A stretch of DNA of 64,000 nt from positions 118,234,001 to 118,298,000 of the forward strand of contig JANJGN010000016.1 in NCBI GenBank assembly GCA_026770705.1, read 5' to 3'. A program made the position numbers and the translations under genes. Numbering within the stretch: the stretch's first letter is position 1; each line of letters begins with the position of its first letter. The notes under the pieces were generated by a model. It was not told where the DNA came from. It was given only the letters and a program-made list of their open reading frames with translations, and ran no database searches. This DNA comes from Isurus oxyrinchus. Lineage: Eukaryota. Positions 61,795 through 64,000 of this stretch are shown here, piece by piece.

Positions 61795-62774
61795 TTTTAT
61801 TATTTATTGCAGTGATGTGGGCTTTGCTGACTAGGCCAGCATTTATTGCCCATTCCTAGTTGCCCTTGAGAAGGTGGTGGTGAGCTGCCTTCTTGAACCG
61901 CTGCAGTCCGTTTGGTGAAGTACACTCACAGTGCTGTTAGGGAGGGAGTTCCAGGATTTTAACCCAGTGACAGTGAAGGAACAGCGATATATTTCCAAGT
62001 CAAGATGGTGAGTGGCTTGGAGGGGAACTTCTGGTTGTTGGTGTTCCCACCCATCTGCTGCCCTTGTCCTTCTAGATGGTAGTGGCCGTGGGTTTGGAAG
62101 GTGCTGTCTAAGGAGCCACGGTGAGTTTCTGCAGTGCATCTTGTAGATGGTACACACTGCTGCTACTGTACATCAGTGGTGGAGGGAGTGAATGTTTGTT
62201 GATATGGTGCCAATCAAGCAGACTCTTTGTCATGGATGGTGTCAAGCTTCTTCAATGTTGTTGAGGCTGCACTCATCCAGGCAAGTGGAAAGTATTCCAT
62301 CACAGTCCTGACCTGTGCCTTGTAATGGTGGACAGGCTTTGGGCAGTCAGGAGGTGAGTTACTCGCCGCAGGATTCCTAGGCTCTGACCTGCTCTTGTAG
62401 CCACAGTATTTATATGGCTAGTCCAGTTCAGTTTCTGGTCAATGGTAACCCCCCCCAGGATATTGATAGTGAGGGATTCAGTGATGGTAATGCCATTGAA
62501 CATCAAGGGGTGATGGCTAGATTCTCTCTTGTTGGAGATGGACACTGCCTGGCACTTGTGTGGTGCATATGTTACTTGACACTTGTCAGCCCAAGTCTGG
62601 ATGTTGTCCAGGTCTTGCTGCATTTAGACGTGGACTGGTTCAGTATCTGAGTCATCGTGAATGGTGCTGAACATTGTGCAATCATCAGCAAACATCCCCA
62701 CTTCTGACCTTACGATGGAAGGAAGGTCATTGATGAAGCAGCTGAAGATGGTTGGGTCTAAGACACTACCCTGA
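61795..62774 (-). mobile_element. CR1-like LINE 3' fragment (RT), nested in an old Penelope 3' end (~61680-61790 and ~62775-62950)
   Basis: - strand gives QGSVLDPTIFSCFINDLPS...MFADDCTMF and MQQDLDNIQTWADKCQVT. Confidence 0.85.
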
Positions 62775-63249
62775 ATTTTAAGTCAGTGGAAAAGGAGAGA
62801 GGGCAGGAAGAACCAAAGAGAAAATCTGTGATAGGGTGGAGGGCAGGAGAAATTTAAAAAATATATTTCATGATGCAACATACAAAGAAATTTGGTTATG
62901 ATGGGTATAGTAAAGAAATAAAAATTGTATCCAAATGAATTGAGATTGGCTACATGGCAACCATTTCTTCTCTCAGAGGGTTAGTGTTTGAAGTTCTCTC
63001 CCCCAGTGAGCAGTTGGGCTGTGTCATTGAATATATTTTATACTGAGTTAGGCAGCTTTGTGATTGACCAAGAGAGTCAAGTGTTATGGGGGACTGGCAG
63101 GAAAGTGCAGCTAAGGCCACATCAGATCAGCCATGGTCTTAAAGACTGGCAGGGCAGCCTCAAGAGGCTAGATGGCCTATTTCTGCTCCTAGTTCATATG
63201 TTTAATGTAAATGCTGACCACCAGTGGTCCCAGCACAAATCTCTGTTAA

Positions 63250-64000
63250 ACACCATTTTCTACCTTTTGTAAGTGTGATTAGCTAGCTATCCCATTTTGC
63301 TTGTTTTCTGTTCTGTAGGCAGCTTGCTATCAGTTCTGCTACTTGTCTTGGTTTCACATATTCTAACCTTAGTCATGAGTCTGCTATGTGATATCTTATT
63401 AAAGTTCTTTGGAAAATCCAAATATATTACACCTATTGCATTAGCCTCATCTACTCTGTTACTTCAAATAATTTAATAAGGTTGGTTACACATGACCTTC
63501 CCTTTTGAAATCCTTGCTGACCATTCTTAACTATAATTTCAATTTCGACTACATATGAGAAACGATTCTATTATGTTTCCTACTACTGTGGTTTAACTAA
63601 TTCATTTACAATTCCTTAGATTTGTTCTATCTCCCTCTTCTTACAGAAATCATAGTAGCTATCCACCAGTCCAGTGGCACTATTCCCTTTCTAATGAATA
63701 TTTATATATATTTAATAGCACCTCTGCTATCTTTTCTTGAACTTACATACAAACATACGAATTAGGAGCAGGAGTAGGCCACTCAGCCCCTCGAACCTGC
63801 TCTGCCATTCAATAAGATCATGGGTGATCTGATTGTAACCTCAACTCCACATTCCCACCTATCCCTTATAACCTTTCACCCCCTTGCTTATCAGGAACCT
63901 ATCTACCTCTGTCTTAAAAACATTCAAAGGCTCTGCTTCCACCAGCAAAGACTCATGACCCTGTCTTATTGGGCAACCTCTTATTTTTAAAGAAACAGTG
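63250..64000 (-). mobile_element. CR1 fragments; a younger CR1 3' end starts at ~63745
   Basis: acatacaaacatacgaattaggagcaggagtaggccactcagcccctcgaacctg is the reverse complement of a CR1 tail. Confidence 0.7.

Larger units (their letters stand above)
58310..63210 (+). mobile_element. Long decayed CR1 LINE (ORF1 SGNH-esterase remnant, ORF2 EN/RT remnants, 3' end at ~62960-63210) carrying several nested insertions
   Basis: VVHMGTNDIG at ~58424, LKFL/YLNTRSI endonuclease start, ANVTSLFKKGERQKVGNYRPVSL, KSCLTNLLQFF...VYLDLQKAFDKV, KFADNTKI. Confidence 0.85.

Overview
Vertebrate genomic DNA, most likely from a shark or other cartilaginous fish (inferred from the repeat families present). It holds the 3' end of the sodium-activated potassium channel gene KCNT2 (Slick) on the + strand: a penultimate coding exon at 36957-37041 and the last coding exon at 40685-40802, ending ...DDTQL*. 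Bases 1-36956 appear to be one very long intron, which carries a candidate 15-nt frame-preserving microexon at 27626-27640. Most of the rest is transposon-derived: CR1 and L2 LINE fragments, tRNA-derived SINEs, PIF/Harbinger transposons and MITEs, a Gypsy fragment, solo LTRs and two Penelope-like (PLE) families. The most distinctive structure is a set of fold-back PLE insertions: a 4.4-kb Neptune-like element with ~1.6-kb inverted arms (42722-47090) and several 100-290 bp mini-elements made of minimal hammerhead-ribozyme motifs, with 10-15 bp target-site duplications. The youngest family has a non-canonical core (CUGUCGA rather than CUGANGA). Family and gene assignments come from motif recognition, not database searches, and boundaries of old repeats are approximate. 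Nearly all ORFs in the supplied track are repeat-derived or spurious.
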